A stretch of 64,000 nucleotides of DNA, from the NCBI GenBank assembly GCA_037189525.1, contig JBBCJC010000005.1, forward strand, positions 128,001-192,000, written 5' to 3'. The DNA is from Gemmatimonadales bacterium (GTDB lineage: Bacteria > Gemmatimonadota > Gemmatimonadetes > Gemmatimonadales > GWC2-71-9). A program made the translations under genes and the position numbers. The first letter of the stretch is position 1. Each line of letters starts with the position of its first letter. The notes beneath the pieces were generated by a model. That model searched no databases, was not told where the DNA came from, and was given only the letters and a program-made list of their open reading frames with translations. Positions 40,221 through 50,700 of this stretch are shown piece by piece.

Positions 40221-40630
40221 GAACACGGAAGCAGCTCATCTCGTCAGGTAGTCCATTCGAAGCTCAGGTAGGGTTCTCGCGCGCGGTTCGCGTCGGCGAC
40301 ATCGTGCATATCGCGGGAACCGCGCCTATCGGAGCCGATGGCCAGGCGGCGTGCATCGGAGATCCGGCGGGACAGGCTCGTCGCTGTTTCGAGATCGTTC
40401 GCGACACCCTCGAAAAGGCCGGCGGGTCTTTGGCAGATGTGGTCCGAACTAGGATTTTCCTCACGCGTATCGACGACTGGCCCATCGTTGCGCACGTTCA
40501 TGGGGAAGTGTTCGGCGCGATCCGTCCGGTGTGTACCGTTATGCAGGTCAGTCGCTTCATCGACCCCAACTGGCTCCTGGAAGTCGAAGCGGATGCGATC
40601 ATCGGCGCCAGCGAGGGGATAGCGAGTTGA
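40217..40630 (+). CDS. RidA (YjgF/YER057c/UK114) family protein
   Basis: SSGSPFEAQVGFSRAVRVG, DVVRTRIF, IRPVCT, LEVEADA. Confidence 0.93.
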   Translation: MRTRKQLISSGSPFEAQVGFSRAVRVGDIVHIAGTAPIGADGQAACIGDPAGQARRCFEIVRDTLEKAGGSLADVVRTRIFLTRIDDWPIVAHVHGEVFGAIRPVCTVMQVSRFIDPNWLLEVEADAIIGASEGIAS

Positions 40631-40640
40631 GGAGGGTGCC

Positions 40641-41045
40641 ATGAGACCGACGTTCGTCGCAGTCATCCTCGCGGGTCTTGGTATTGCCTGCGGAGCCACC
40701 AATCCGTGTGCATGCCCACCCGAACGGCCGGAAGTAGAAATCCGCGGGACCGTAACCACGGCTGGTAATCAGCCAGTCAATGGCGCAACGATTCATACCT
40801 ATGTGGGTCGTCCACTCTGCCCCGCGCGGGACGCATGGCTCGAGGATAGTCGTCCGTTGACGACCGGTACGTCCGGAGAATATTTCCGGTGGAGCTATGC
40901 GCGGCCGCCGGCCACCACATTCTGTCTCCGTGTCGTCGCCTATCGGCAGGCACATATGGACAGCGTCGTCGTGGAGCAGGTCGTCACGGATACGGCGCGA
41001 TCGCGCCCGGGCCAGTTTCGCGTGGACCTGGCGTTCTCGGAGTGA
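40641..41045 (+). CDS. Hypothetical lipoprotein (beta-sandwich-like)
   Basis: GGAGG RBS, lipobox GIAC, CACPP, IRGTVTT..QPVNGATI. Confidence 0.7.
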   Translation: MRPTFVAVILAGLGIACGATNPCACPPERPEVEIRGTVTTAGNQPVNGATIHTYVGRPLCPARDAWLEDSRPLTTGTSGEYFRWSYARPPATTFCLRVVAYRQAHMDSVVVEQVVTDTARSRPGQFRVDLAFSE

Positions 41046-41102
41046 GCGCCGAGATGGCGTGACCGTGGCCCGACGGTCGATCTGCTAGATTCACCTCCTC
41101 CT

Positions 41103-41759
41103 ATGCGATTCATCGAACTTCTCGGCGTTGCCGTGTTTGCCATCAGCGGCGCTCTGGCTGGCGGGCGGAAGCGCCTCGATCTCTTCGGCGTGACCGTGAT
41201 CGCCACGGTCACCTCGATCGGGGGCGGCACGCTGCGCGATCTCCTGCTCGATCGCCATCCGGTCTTTTGGATCGCCGACCCCAGCTATCTCTGGGCAGTC
41301 TTCGCCGGAACCGCGGCAACCGTCGCCTACACGCGCCTGTGGGTCGCCGCCACCCGTAAGGCCCTGCTCGTCGCGGATGCACTCGGCCTGGCGCTCTTTT
41401 CCATCGGCGGAACTCAGATCGCCCTCCAGGCGGGCCAGTCGCCGCTCATCGCGGTCCTGATGGGAATGACCACGGGAGTGGCGGGCGGAATGCTTCGCGA
41501 TCTCCTCACCGGCGAGATCCCGTTGATCCTGCGCCCCGGACGGCTCTACGCGACTGCGGCGATTGCGGGTCCTATCGTCTTCCTGCTCCTGCGCCCCGTT
41601 GCTGCTGTCGCGGCGCCCTGGGTCGGTATGGTGATCGTAGCCGGGCTCCGCCTGCTGGCCATCCGGTACGAGCTCACCCTACCCGTGATCACGGTACCTT
41701 CGGACACCGCAGAGCACCCGGTTCCCCCGAAAGGGCCGGACTCTCCGCCAGGCGCGTGA
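41103..41759 (+). CDS. Trimeric intracellular cation channel family (UPF0126/YadS-like)
   Basis: FAISGAL, DLFG, GGGTLRDLLL, DALGLALF, GGMLRDLL. Confidence 0.93.
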   Translation: MRFIELLGVAVFAISGALAGGRKRLDLFGVTVIATVTSIGGGTLRDLLLDRHPVFWIADPSYLWAVFAGTAATVAYTRLWVAATRKALLVADALGLALFSIGGTQIALQAGQSPLIAVLMGMTTGVAGGMLRDLLTGEIPLILRPGRLYATAAIAGPIVFLLLRPVAAVAAPWVGMVIVAGLRLLAIRYELTLPVITVPSDTAEHPVPPKGPDSPPGA

Positions 41760-41872
41760 CAGGCAGACGACCGCCGCAGGAGCTTCATAACGCATGGCGA
41801 CGACGTCACGGACGTGGGAGAACACCTCCAGCCGGCGGACGTTAGATTACCGATCCGAGATACACGCCCCGC

Positions 41873-42895
41873 ATGACGAACCCCAACAGAATCACGAAGG
41901 AGCCCGGTGTGCCGCCCTCCACTCCGCAACCGGTGCTCGCTCGGCTGACAGGAGCCGCCATCTTCCTCGTGGTGAACATCAACCCGGGGCGAGACAGCGA
42001 GGTCGCGGTACGGGGGCTCTGCAGCAATCTGGCCGGCCTCCTGCGCGCCGTGGGCTTTCGCGATCTCGAGGGTCGGCTGTCATGCGTCACGGGATTCGGC
42101 TCCGACGCCTGGGATCGTCTGTTCGGCCAGCCGAGACCGAAGGAACTCCATGCGTTTCGCGAGATCCACGGCCAGCATCATGCGGTAGCAACACCAGGCG
42201 ACCTCCTCTTTCACATCCGCTCGGCACGCATGGATCTCTGCTTCGAGCTGGCGACGCAGATCATGGCGCGGCTTGCCGGCGCGGTATCCGTAGTGGACGA
42301 GGTGCACGGGTTCCGGTATTTCGACGATCGCGACCTGATCGGCTTCGTGGACGGAACCGAGAACCCCGTGGACGATGCGGCGCGCCGCGCCACCATCATC
42401 GGCGACGAAGATGCCGGCTTTGCGGGCGGAAGCTATGTGATCGTGCAGAAGTATCTGCATGACCTGACGCAGTGGAACGCGCTCACCGTCGAGCAGCAGG
42501 AGCGTATCATCGGCCGGCACAAACTCTCCGACATCGAGCTGGACGATGCCGTAAAGCCCACCTCCGCTCACAATGCCCTGACGACGATCGTCGAGAACGG
42601 AGAGCAACTCGAAATCGTCCGCGACAACATGCCGTTCGGTGAGGTGGGCAAGGGTGAGTTCGGCACGTATTTCATCGGATACGCCAGGTCCCCTCACCGG
42701 ATCGAGCAGATGCTGCAGAACATGTTCATCGGCCGGCCACCGGGCAACTACGATCGCCTGCTCGACTTCAGCCGCGCCGTGACTGGCACGCTGTTCTTCG
42801 TTCCATCCGCCACATTTCTCGCCCAGGTCACCCCGGAGCTACCGGCACCCTCCACGTCGACCGATGGGTCGCTTCCCGGCCAGCCGCCGAACTGA
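41873..42895 (+). CDS. Dye-decolorizing (DyP-type) peroxidase
   Basis: GFVDGTENP (GxxDG), GGSYVIVQKYLH, SAH, IVRDNMPFG. Confidence 0.95.
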   Translation: MTNPNRITKEPGVPPSTPQPVLARLTGAAIFLVVNINPGRDSEVAVRGLCSNLAGLLRAVGFRDLEGRLSCVTGFGSDAWDRLFGQPRPKELHAFREIHGQHHAVATPGDLLFHIRSARMDLCFELATQIMARLAGAVSVVDEVHGFRYFDDRDLIGFVDGTENPVDDAARRATIIGDEDAGFAGGSYVIVQKYLHDLTQWNALTVEQQERIIGRHKLSDIELDDAVKPTSAHNALTTIVENGEQLEIVRDNMPFGEVGKGEFGTYFIGYARSPHRIEQMLQNMFIGRPPGNYDRLLDFSRAVTGTLFFVPSATFLAQVTPELPAPSTSTDGSLPGQPPN

Positions 42896-42919
42896 CTCCG
42901 TGTAAGAAGAGAGGTCCTG

Positions 42920-43294
42920 ATGGCACACCAGTCGATTCCCGCCTCGCACCTCCGTCTCAAGCGCGCGTATGAACCGGCCGAACCCGATGATGGCACGCGG
43001 ATCCTCGTGGACAGACTCTGGCCCCGAGGGGTGAGCAAAGCGAAAGCGCACTTCGATGACTGGATGAAGGACATTGCCCCGAGTACGGAGTTGCGACAGT
43101 GGTTCGGGCATGATCCGGCGCGCTGGACGGAATTCCAGCACCGCTACCGCGCCGAGTTGCAGCAGCAAGGCGAGCAGTTGGATCAGCTTCGCGCGCTTGC
43201 TCGTAAAGGAGTCGTGACCCTCGTCTACGGGGCCCGGGACCAGGAACACAACGACGCGGTGGTACTGAGGGATGTTCTGCTGGATAAGCGATGA
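42920..43294 (+). CDS. DUF488 family protein
   Basis: KRAYE..DGTRILVDRLWPRGVSK..IAPSTELRQWFGHDP..HNDAVVL. Confidence 0.93.
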   Translation: MAHQSIPASHLRLKRAYEPAEPDDGTRILVDRLWPRGVSKAKAHFDDWMKDIAPSTELRQWFGHDPARWTEFQHRYRAELQQQGEQLDQLRALARKGVVTLVYGARDQEHNDAVVLRDVLLDKR

Positions 43295-43333
43295 CCCCAA
43301 CGCTCCGTCTCCACCCTTTGCCAGAGAGCCTTC

Positions 43334-43600
43334 ATGCGAACCGGCTATTTCTTACTCGCGGGACTACTCCTGATGGCTGCGTCCCTGATCCTTGGCAGGC
43401 TCTTTACCCCCGAGTTCCCCAATGCGCGCCAATGGGCCGTCGGCATTGCCATCGGGGTGTGGCTGGTTCTGACCGGCTTCAACATGTGGGTCGGTGTCGC
43501 CAAGGCAGGTTACTCCGTCCGGGAAGAAATTCCCGTACTCCTGCTGCTGTTCGGGATTCCGACCGTCATCGCGCTCCTCGCCCGCCGTTTGCTTGCCTGA
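43334..43600 (+). CDS. Small three-helix membrane protein
   Basis: Hydrophobic; NMWVGVAKAGYSVREE. Confidence 0.75.
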   Translation: MRTGYFLLAGLLLMAASLILGRLFTPEFPNARQWAVGIAIGVWLVLTGFNMWVGVAKAGYSVREEIPVLLLLFGIPTVIALLARRLLA

Positions 43601-43726
43601 CGACGGAGTGACTCGCGAGAAGGCGATGCGGCATAGTACGATGCGGCCTGATCGATGATCAGGCCCTACATCCGGGGTCTCGGTCCCCCTGTCCAACGTT
43701 TTGCTCTGACCCGGTGTCCAACGGTC

Positions 43727-44911
43727 ATGCTCTTGCGCATTATCCTGGCTCTACTTGCAACAGCCGCTCCGTATGTCCCGGCAGCTCTAGCCGCGCAGAA
43801 GACCCGAATCGTCATTCTCGGCGTCGACCACTCCATCCAGCTCGCGTCGCGCGCTGCGCAACCGGCGGCATTCCGCGCCTTCTTCGACAAACTCGCACCG
43901 GACGCAATCGCGATCGAGCGCGACCCCGACAACTTCGCCAGGAACGACCACTACGAGTTCACGTACGAGATTCAGGATCTGATCGTCCCGTACGCCCGGG
44001 CCCATCGGATTCCGCTCTTTCCGATCGATTGGGCTCCTCCCGTCGAGGATCAGTTGCTGGCATTCGGATTGGATCTCGATCGGCCGCCCCTCATCAGACC
44101 GAGTACGGGGTTCCAGGGGTTTCTCACCTTCCCCGACACGGCGGCACTGCACCGGCCGCTGTTTTTTGCCGACACCGAATCGAGTCGCGCATCGGCGCGC
44201 GCGTGGTACCAACAGCCCGCACCGGAGGCCGCTCGTGACTTCCCCCGGCGCCTCTACCTCTACCGTACCACGCTCCAGGCCCGGCGGATTGCCCGCGCCG
44301 CGGCCGAGCTTCGGGGGAAAACTCTCCTCGTTGTGATCGGATACTTCCACAAGGATGAGATCGAGCGGATTCTGGCCGCTGATCCGAATCTCGAAATCGT
44401 TCAGCCGTCTGCCATTGCCAGCGAACCGGCAGATCAGACAGAGAACGCTACGAAAGAGGAGTTGGTCGCCATCGCCAGCTTCAACCTGCTCGGCCAGCAA
44501 CACCGCAGCGGCCCGATCGATTGGCCATGGCTCGAAAGAGTGGTCGCGCGGCTCGAACGCCTTTCTCCAGGCCCTGAAGCAGACCTCTTCGCCATCCGAC
44601 TCGGACGGCTCACCGGGAGGCTCTCTTCAGCAGATGCCGCCGCTCGCCTGCGTACGCTCGCCGAGTCTGTGTCGGGAGATCTGCGGTTCAGCTGGACCGG
44701 GGTCAAGTTCGCTGACCGGGTCGATTCCTTCACCGATCCCTTCGGGAACCTCGGGGTCAGGGATCGTGTCCGTCTCGAATGGGCGCGGGAACTGATCGCT
44801 CTTGGCCGGAAGACCGAAGCGGCAGAGCTGCGTCGCCTGATCGAGGATGGACTTCCGCTCGGGCCGCGCAGCCAATTGGGCGCCTACTGGGACGAATTCG
44901 TCGGCCGCTGA
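43727..44911 (+). CDS. Exported hypothetical protein, possible TraB/TIKI/EreA-like superfamily
   Basis: Signal peptide; ILGVDH, PDAIAIE, PIDW, LLVVIGYFH pattern. Confidence 0.6.
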   Translation: MLLRIILALLATAAPYVPAALAAQKTRIVILGVDHSIQLASRAAQPAAFRAFFDKLAPDAIAIERDPDNFARNDHYEFTYEIQDLIVPYARAHRIPLFPIDWAPPVEDQLLAFGLDLDRPPLIRPSTGFQGFLTFPDTAALHRPLFFADTESSRASARAWYQQPAPEAARDFPRRLYLYRTTLQARRIARAAAELRGKTLLVVIGYFHKDEIERILAADPNLEIVQPSAIASEPADQTENATKEELVAIASFNLLGQQHRSGPIDWPWLERVVARLERLSPGPEADLFAIRLGRLTGRLSSADAAARLRTLAESVSGDLRFSWTGVKFADRVDSFTDPFGNLGVRDRVRLEWARELIALGRKTEAAELRRLIEDGLPLGPRSQLGAYWDEFVGR

Positions 44912-44933
44912 ATCCTGTCAGCGCATTCCCGGG

Positions 44934-45668
44934 TTATACCGGTGTCTTGATGCCTCGCTCCGGCGGCGCGATCCGCCTGACCGTCCCCTGCTGCGCCAGC
45001 ATCCGTTCCGCAAAGTCCAAGCGTTCGGCCAGCTCGGCCAACTGCCGGGCGTGCTCCGCCTGGTGCATTCCCTGGCGATCCTGCAGCGCCCCCAGCCGGC
45101 TGTCGATCAAGTCTTCGGCTTTCATGACCCGCGCCGCGGCCGATTCGAGCCGGGCCAGATCGGCCGCGCTCAATCGGGTGGATCGGGGAGAACGCCAGAG
45201 TCCCAGGGCCCCCAACATCCGGCGCGGCAATCGCGCCACGAAGGCAAGCGCCGCCCCGGCATAGTGGAGGGGGTTGATGGTCCGGATCAGGGCCATGTAG
45301 CGATCGCTTTCGTAGACCCCGATCGCCATGTCGATGATGTCGAGAATCTCCTGCTCCAGGCCGTCGGTATAGCGGGCACTGAAGATCTGCTGTAGCACCT
45401 CGACGCGGCCCAGCGGGACACCGGGGTCCGTCTGCGTCACCGCGCCGGACGACCCGCTCAACCCGGCCGCCCGAATCACCTGCAGCATCCGGGGCAGCAT
45501 CTGATTGATCCGCGATCGGGCGCCCAGGGCACCCTCCCAATCCATCGGGACGCCGTCCTCATCGCCCGCCGACTGGGCGAAATACCGTTCCACCAGGTCG
45601 CGGAAGAGCCGGAGTTCCCCCGCGCGGTGGCGGTTCCTGATGATGGTGAGCTGGTCATGGGGTTTCAT
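44934..45668 (-). CDS. Hypothetical protein with C-terminal coiled coil
   Basis: Long ORF from MKPHDQL; ends ELAERLDFAERML. Confidence 0.7.
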   Translation of the reverse strand: MKPHDQLTIIRNRHRAGELRLFRDLVERYFAQSAGDEDGVPMDWEGALGARSRINQMLPRMLQVIRAAGLSGSSGAVTQTDPGVPLGRVEVLQQIFSARYTDGLEQEILDIIDMAIGVYESDRYMALIRTINPLHYAGAALAFVARLPRRMLGALGLWRSPRSTRLSAADLARLESAAARVMKAEDLIDSRLGALQDRQGMHQAEHARQLAELAERLDFAERMLAQQGTVRRIAPPERGIKTPV

Positions 45669-45764
45669 CGCCGTTCGTCCCGTCCGAGGTCTTGACCAAC
45701 AAGCTACCGGCACTCTCATTTCGACGCCACACGGCCACCCGAAACCGACACCGAGGGGATACGC

Positions 45765-46412
45765 ATGTCACGGGTTCGAGTCGACTGTTTTGCCATCTCG
45801 CTCGATGGATATGGAGCAGGTCCTGATCAGACGATCGAGCATCCGTTGGGTGTGGGAGGCGAGGATCTGCACCAATGGCTCATTTCCACCCGCAGCTGGC
45901 GACAGATGCACGGCATGGAAGGCGGCACGACCGGGATCGATGATGAGTTCGGCGCCCGCGGCACCGAGACGGTCGGCGCATGGATCATGGGCAGGAACAT
46001 GTTCGGACCGATTCGCGGTCCCTGGCCCGATACGACGTGGAAGGGCTGGTGGGGCAACAACCCGCCCTACCATGTCCCCGTGTTCGTCGTGACCCATCAC
46101 GAACGCCCGCCGCTGCCGATGGAAGGTGGAACGACCTTCCACTTCGTCACGGGCGGCATTCACGACGCCCTGAGTCAGGCAAAGAGCGCAGCAAACGGAA
46201 AGGACATCCGCATCGGGGGCGGCGCCAGCACCATTCAACAGTATCTCCGCGCTGGCCTGATCGACGAACTGCACGTTGCGATCGCACCCGTTGCGTTAGG
46301 TAGCGGTGAACGACTCTTCGAGGGTGTGGACCTACCGGCGCTCGGCTACGAATGTGGCCCGTTCGTCGGATCGGAGAAGGCCACGCATATGGTTCTGCGC
46401 GCCCGACGCTGA
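45765..46412 (+). CDS. Dihydrofolate reductase family (RibD C-terminal-like) protein
   Basis: ISLDGYGAGP, IMGRNMF, PVFVVTH, IGGGASTIQQYLRAGLIDEL. Confidence 0.92.
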   Translation: MSRVRVDCFAISLDGYGAGPDQTIEHPLGVGGEDLHQWLISTRSWRQMHGMEGGTTGIDDEFGARGTETVGAWIMGRNMFGPIRGPWPDTTWKGWWGNNPPYHVPVFVVTHHERPPLPMEGGTTFHFVTGGIHDALSQAKSAANGKDIRIGGGASTIQQYLRAGLIDELHVAIAPVALGSGERLFEGVDLPALGYECGPFVGSEKATHMVLRARR

Positions 46413-46614
46413 GATCGCTCGCACCAGGTCCGACTGTTTCGAGACGGCATTGCAAGGCAGCTGGCCATTCATACAAGGCCTTCCAAACGGGGTTCGCCTG
46501 CTGGGCTGATCTGAGGGGGTATAACGACCGAGCCAGTTGGTCAACTGGACCGGTTTGCGAAATTCCGGAAAGCGCCCCAACTTGGAGAGATCTCGGTCGC
46601 AGGATGGCGAGCCA

Positions 46615-47061
46615 ATGTTTCGACGCAGTCTGACCGTTTCATACGTACTTCCTCTCGTCATGGCGCTGGGCGCCTGCGGGGACACCCTTGGTCCGGATCT
46701 CCCGAAGGACGGTCCGCTGGCGGTCTCCCTCCATACCGACCGCGCCAGCTACGCATCGAATGATCCGGCCTCGGTCACCATGGTCAATCACTCATCGGAG
46801 ACCTTGATGTTCTGGGGCTGCAGCGATGCGCTGGAACGCCAGGAGGGCGGGCGCTGGAAAGTCGCCTTCGACGTGGACCCGGATGCGATCTGCCCAGCGG
46901 TTGGCATCCTGCTGCCTCCCGATACGCCGGTGACATTCCCGTTCGCATTGCATCGAGTCACGAAGCCTGGAGTCTACCGTTTGCGCCGTGCATTCTGGCC
47001 CGACAATGGTCCGGTCACGGAACGTTCGCACGGGAGAAGTAACACCTTCCGGGTGCAGTAA
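46615..47061 (+). CDS. Small Ig-like lipoprotein with two Cys
   Basis: Lipobox LGAC; TDRASY, MVNHS..WGC..ICPAVGILLPP..PGVYRL. Confidence 0.75.
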   Translation: MFRRSLTVSYVLPLVMALGACGDTLGPDLPKDGPLAVSLHTDRASYASNDPASVTMVNHSSETLMFWGCSDALERQEGGRWKVAFDVDPDAICPAVGILLPPDTPVTFPFALHRVTKPGVYRLRRAFWPDNGPVTERSHGRSNTFRVQ

Positions 47062-47146
47062 ACTTTTTCCGTCTCAATAGCAAACGACAAAGCCCTCCCC
47101 CCGTTCGGCGCGACTGTTGGTTCGCGCCGAGTGACGACCGGACCAG

Positions 47147-47581
47147 ATGATCTTCCATCCGATCACCCGCGACCTCACATCCAGCGCCCGGGTTCAGGAC
47201 TCCGAGTTCCTGAACGACCTGTGCATCGCCACCATGGCGATCTACCCCGATGGCCCTCCCCCTCTGCCGTGGATCGGCTACCTCGCGGAAGACGACGGCG
47301 TGATCGTCGGTACCTGCGCGTTCAAGAGCGCGCCGGTCGCCGGCCACGTGGAAATCGCCTACTTCACCTTTCCGGAATACGAGCGGCGGGGTGTGGCAAC
47401 CCGGATGGCGCAGCACCTGATCGACCTGGCCGCCCGACACGGCGCCGTCATCGTCCGCGCCCAAACCCTGCCCGAACGAAATTCGTCGGTGCGGATTCTC
47501 GAAAAGCTGGGTTTCGAGTTGGTGGGGCCGGTCCTTCATCCGGAGGACAGCGAAGTATGGGAGTGGCGCCGGCCAGCGTAA
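47147..47581 (+). CDS. GNAT (RimJ/RimL-like) acetyltransferase
   Basis: VEIAYFTFPEYERRGVAT, NSSVRILEKLGF. Confidence 0.9.
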   Translation: MIFHPITRDLTSSARVQDSEFLNDLCIATMAIYPDGPPPLPWIGYLAEDDGVIVGTCAFKSAPVAGHVEIAYFTFPEYERRGVATRMAQHLIDLAARHGAVIVRAQTLPERNSSVRILEKLGFELVGPVLHPEDSEVWEWRRPA

Positions 47582-47709
47582 ATTGATGACGGCGTTCGGT
47601 ACCTCGGGATTGGTGAGGGCGGACAGGACCCGGTGCATCATCCGGGACCGGAGTTCGTCCACCCTTTATCAGCCGGACACGAGGCCACCAATCGGACGGA
47701 GGGGCGGGT

Positions 47710-50700
47710 TTGAGCACACCGAAAGGCCGCGGGGCATCGCGTATCGTTGCTCGAATTCTACTCGCCCTGGTTCTGTTCCTCGTCGGAACGCTGGGCATCG
47801 TTGTGCTGCTCCTTCAGCACGACGGCATTGCCACCGGCGTCCTCCGCCGCGCCGCCAGCTGGCTCCAGCCCTGGCCTGACGCCAGGGTCGAAATCGGCCG
47901 GGCCTCGATCTCGGGCATCAGCCGCCTTTCCGTCAACGACCTGCGCCTGATCCGCACCGACGACTCCACCATGGTGGCGGTCGATTCGGTCCGGCTGAGC
48001 ATCTCCCCTCTGCGTCTCCTGACCGGTCGGCTCGATCTGGGCGAGGTCCGGGTCGTCAACGCCGACATCGTGATGCGACAGCTGGGCGCGTCCCAATGGG
48101 ACCTGATCGCCCCTTTCCAAACGCCGGATTCCGCAGCCTCCGAACCGACGGGCGATCCGCTCGAGATCACGATCGACCGGGTCGACGTCATCGGCAGCCG
48201 CCTCGAAGCCCGATTCCTGGGCGGCGCCGATTCGACGCTCCGGGTCGACGGCCTCCTCCTGGCCATGCGGGACTTCCGGTCGGGAACCGGCCTGCCGGTT
48301 CTGACCCTCGACACCCTGGGTGCGGAGCTGACTCCACCCGGTCGCCCGACGCCGGCCGTGATGTCGGCCAAGCTGCACCTGGGGCCTGACCGGTTGGTCG
48401 TGGATGGGCTGTCAATCCGCTCGGATTCCACCGACGTCTCCGCTGTCGGCGACCTCCGACTGCCCGACTCAGACCCACGCCAGGCCGATGCCGTCGACTT
48501 CCGGCTCGCCGCCGCCCCGCTCGATTTCCGCGACATCGGCGCGCTGGTACCCGGCTTCGATGTGCCGGGCAGTCTCCGGCTCGACCTCCGCGTGACCGGC
48601 ACTGCGAACCTGTTGACCGTCACCGGTTCGGGCCGAAGCTTCGACGGCGCCACCCTCGCCATCGACGGCGCGCTGACGCCTCGCACCACGGACGGCGTCC
48701 GCTATCAATCGACCCTCCGCATCGACGGCCTCGATGCTCGGCTCTGGAGCAACGAGGCAGCGGCCGGCCAGGTCAACGCTCGACTCGACTTCGACCTGAC
48801 CGGCGATTCGCTGGCCGTCGTTTCAGGCCCGTTCGAGTTGGATGCCGAAGGGATCGTGGTCGGCGAGGGGCAACTGGTACCCACCCGGCTCAGCGGCGCG
48901 TTCGACCGGGGACGGGCGCGACTCGAGGTGCAAAGCGGCTGGGCTCCCTGGCTCGACCTGCACGGCAACGGAGAGATCCGTCCCTTTGCCGAGCAGCCGG
49001 CGTATGACCTCGACCTGACGGTGACTCCGCGCGATTCCCTGCTCCGGATGGGCAGCGTCGATCTCGACGACCTGCGCGCCCGGATCGAGGGTGGGGGCAC
49101 GGGCGTCCCCACGACGAGCGGCCAGGGCCACCTCACGATGCGCCTCACCGGCTCGGTCGGCGATCAGCCTCTCGAAAACACGACGCTGCGCGCCGAGTGG
49201 AAGGATCAGCGGCTGGATGCGCGGCTGACGGCATCCCTGGGAACCGCGCGCGCCGCCGGTACGCTCTCGCTCGATCGCCAGGGACAGTCGGATGCGCTCA
49301 GCTTTCGCGTCCCCCGCCTGACCGTCAGCGATCTGGCCCTGGCTCCCTTCCTCGGCGATTCGGCCCGGGGCAGCCTGCATCTCGATGCCAGCGCGCAGGG
49401 CGCCCGGCTCGAACCGGGGGCGATCACTGCCCAAGGCGCCATCCGCTGGGACGATGGCGGCTGGGGAACGCTGGCGGTCGACAGCGCCGCGGCCACGTTC
49501 CGTCTGGCCGATGGACGAGTCCGCCTGAACGGCGGGGCGCGTTCGGGAGCCGGAGCCCTCTCTCTCGATGGGCAGGCGCAGCCCTTCCTGACCGTGCCCA
49601 GCTGGGAAGTCACCGCGCTGACGCTCAGCGGAATCGACCTGGCCGCCATCGACTCGACCTGGCCCGTCTCGAGCGTCTCGGCGACCGCCTCGCTGTCCGC
49701 GCGCGGCAATCTTCCGGCGCTGACCGGCGATGGAACGATCCGGATCGAGCCGTCACAGGTTGACTCGGTACACTTCGGCCCGACCACGCTCACGCTGGCG
49801 CTTCGTCCGGATAGCGTGACGGTCGATGGCACGTTGCCCGTCGCCGAGGGGACGGTGGACATTGCCGCCGCCGCTGGACCATTCGGACCGGTTCCCGGCA
49901 TCGATGCACGGCTCGGCATCCGTCGGCTCGCGCTCGGTCCGCTGACGCGAGGACGTTTCCAGACCGCGGTTTCAGGCCCGGTCACGCTGACGCTGACACC
50001 GTCGACCGACGATACCACCGCGGGGCTGGTGCGCGTCAGCGCGGCGCTCGAAAGCGCGGCGGGCACCGCGTCGCTCGAAGGCAACGCGGGCCTCGCCAGG
50101 CGCACAGCGTCCGGCGATAGCACCGCCTGGCAGGTCACGCGCGGCGAGGCCGATCTCGAACTCCATCTGACCGACTTGAGCGCCATTGCGGTCCAGGACA
50201 GTACTACCGGCCGCCTCGATGCGACGATGCGGGTCGAGGGTCAGGGCAGCGATCTCGCCACGATGCGATGGACCGGACGAGCGCACGCCTCCGGCAACGT
50301 CAACGATGCCCGGCTCGATTCCTTGGCCCTCCGCGGCGCGGTTTCGAACGGGGTGCTCCGCCTCGACACTCTGCTCCTCGCGTCCAATGTGCTGCGCGGC
50401 GGCGGTGGCGGCCGAGTCCCGTTGGTTCGGCAATCCGGCGAGCAGGACACGCTTCGGGTAGCGCTCGTGGCCGATACGACGCGGCCGCCGCCGGCGCAAT
50501 CGGCGCTCGGGATTCGTCCGCTGGGCATCCGGAGCGGACACGTCGACGCGAAACTCTGGCGTAATGCTCAGGGTTTCGAGCTGGCCGGCAACGCCTCGGT
50601 CGGCGGGCTGATCGCGGGAGTGGCCGCCGCGGACACCCTGCAGATCGACCTGACCAGCGCAGGCAGCGACGGCACCAACTGGAACATCACCGGCGAGGCC

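Noticed and set aside
41785..41847. TCATAAC...GTTAGAT pair before the DyP gene
   Set aside because: No L-box pairing or hairpin between them and no similarity to the local attC family
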